Positions 62,757-64,000 of a stretch of 64,000 bases of DNA are shown here, piece by piece; position 1 is the stretch's first letter; each line of letters starts with the position of its first letter. Position numbers and translations under genes: made by a program. The notes beneath the pieces were generated by a model, which did not search any database, was not told the origin of the DNA, and was given only the letters and a program-made list of their open reading frames with translations. The DNA is from Candidatus Iainarchaeum sp. (GTDB lineage Archaea; Iainarchaeota; Iainarchaeia; JAGGVJ01). The stretch is taken from positions 4,114 to 68,113 of the forward strand of contig JAGGVJ010000040.1 in NCBI GenBank assembly GCA_021158055.1, in the 5' to 3' direction.

Positions 62757-63430
62757 AACTTGCCAAAAAACAACGCGGGATAATGCTCTGGACAATGTCA
62801 AAAATCACTTTGTTTATTTTCATGCTCGGCCTTGTCACTGTATTCTACCACTTCCTTATCTACACAAACACGATTACCCTGCAGGAAAACGCAAAAAACA
62901 CTGCAAAAAACATGATTTCAAAACTCGACGAAGTGCGCTTCAGCACCATGACCTGCAAAGAAGAAGTGATTCCCATTGATTACAGGTTTCGCGCAGGGGA
63001 AACCGACTTGTCTTACCTGATAAGAATTGAAAAAACAAAGCTAAAAATCGGAGATACGCAAGAGGAAAAAAGGCTTTCGGTTCAGATCAGAAGCTCAAAA
63101 GACAAAGAACTGCTTGGAGCATCAGACACGATGCTTGCGGAAAACGAAAAAATAAGCTTTTACAAATGCCCCTACAGATTCGGTTCGGCAGACGACGACT
63201 TCTTTTGCCAAAAGGAACTGGAAAAAAGCAATGGGAATGCATCACTTGACATCTACCCAAGTGAAAAAAACGAAAAAAACAACAATCTTCAAAGCTCTTA
63301 CATCATTATAAAAAAAGGATTTTTTAAAGGCGACGAAACAAAACAAGGGATTTGTGTCGTGGACTGTTTTGACACAGACCAGAGAACCTGCCTGAAAGCA
63401 ATAAGGACAGTTGATGCGTGTGAATGCTAA
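62753..63430 (+). CDS. Pilin-like protein with class III signal peptide (225 aa, Cys-rich)
   Basis: MKLAKKQRG|IMLWTMSKITLFIFMLGLVTVFY. 7 Cys. ATGA overlap with the upstream gene. Confidence 0.6.
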   Translation: MKLAKKQRGIMLWTMSKITLFIFMLGLVTVFYHFLIYTNTITLQENAKNTAKNMISKLDEVRFSTMTCKEEVIPIDYRFRAGETDLSYLIRIEKTKLKIGDTQEEKRLSVQIRSSKDKELLGASDTMLAENEKISFYKCPYRFGSADDDFFCQKELEKSNGNASLDIYPSEKNEKNNNLQSSYIIIKKGFFKGDETKQGICVVDCFDTDQRTCLKAIRTVDACEC

Positions 63431-63998
63431 AAGCCAAAAGCCAAAGACTCCAAAGGGGTTTATCGGACCGATTGGTTTTGACCTGCCAAGCATAATGCCA
63501 ATCGTTTTTGCCATAATAGTTTTTTTCAGTGCCGTGAGCTACTCGTACACCACCGTGAACGAAAAAAACAACGTTCTTGACTCAATAGAATCATCCATCA
63601 AAATAGCCGATATCTTAAAAGGAAACTCTTACCTGTTCTTCGACGCCACAGATTCAGGCGCAAAAAACAAGTTTGCCTCAAACTGCGAAAAAGCAGTTAA
63701 CATTGCGCAGTCAAAAAACATAAACTTCGCGGCCACTTTTGTAAAGCTTGACTCAAGCTCAAGCATTGAATGGCTGATTGAAAACAAGGAAAGCGAAATT
63801 GACTCCTGCACAACAGCAGACGGCAAACACCTTTGCTGGTGCGGCTTTTCCCCAAAAAAATTTGATTCAAACCTGTCAAAACAATTCTGGAGCATTTCTT
63901 TTCCCGTAACAGTTGACGTAAAACCGCCCGGTTCCGGTCCGGAGGACATTTACCCGCAAAGTTACCTCAGGAAAATAATTGTGGTGGTGTGGAAGTGA
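63414..63998 (+). CDS. Pilin-like protein with class III signal peptide (194 aa)
   Basis: MRVNAKSQKPKTPKG|FIGPIGFDLPSIMPIVFAIIVFFSAV. 5 Cys. The stop codon falls at the window end. Confidence 0.6.
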   Translation: MRVNAKSQKPKTPKGFIGPIGFDLPSIMPIVFAIIVFFSAVSYSYTTVNEKNNVLDSIESSIKIADILKGNSYLFFDATDSGAKNKFASNCEKAVNIAQSKNINFAATFVKLDSSSSIEWLIENKESEIDSCTTADGKHLCWCGFSPKKFDSNLSKQFWSISFPVTVDVKPPGSGPEDIYPQSYLRKIIVVVWK

Positions 63999-64000
63999 TT

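Overview
Archaeal chromosomal segment. Evidence for an archaeon: split rpoB, rpoH, aEF-2, archaeal NusA/L30e, PurP, family-B PolB, intron-rich tRNAs with C1:G72 tRNA-Tyr, class-III pilin signals. Lineage cannot be assigned from sequence alone. Bases 1-11.5k hold the canonical minus-strand operon rpoH-rpoB''-rpoB'-rpoA'-rpoA''-L30e-nusA-S12-S7-EF2, in which S7 and RpoA'' carry unusual lysine/glutamate-rich N-terminal extensions. Bases 11.9-17.5k and 28.5k hold a tRNA-rich island: 7 tRNAs in the window, 6 with introns, some at non-canonical positions. This island also has several tandem DNA repeats and an overlapping PLP-decarboxylase/ATP-grasp gene pair. Bases 17.5-37k hold housekeeping genes (histidine-phosphatase-like, RpiA, HD hydrolase, two tandem PurP, MetAP2, PolB, unknowns) and a 1933-aa secreted giant protein with three DUF2341+LamG+PKD-like units. 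Bases 37.7-64k hold an accessory cell-surface locus: a Cys-rich lipoprotein; two giant proteins (2079 and 2765 aa) that share a conserved N-terminal cytoplasmic module plus TM anchor and a conserved C-terminal 'MSWNP' module; a ~598-aa protein with a class-III (prepilin-like) signal; an exosortase/archaeosortase-family membrane protein; an N-terminally extended FlaI/TadA-like secretion ATPase; a TadC/FlaJ-like platform protein; and six small cysteine-rich pilin-like genes with a conserved G-Q-x-F-D-x-F-K-L-L type signal. This locus is the best candidate for an undescribed type-IV-filament-like surface display or secretion system. No transposases, integrases or CRISPR arrays were seen.
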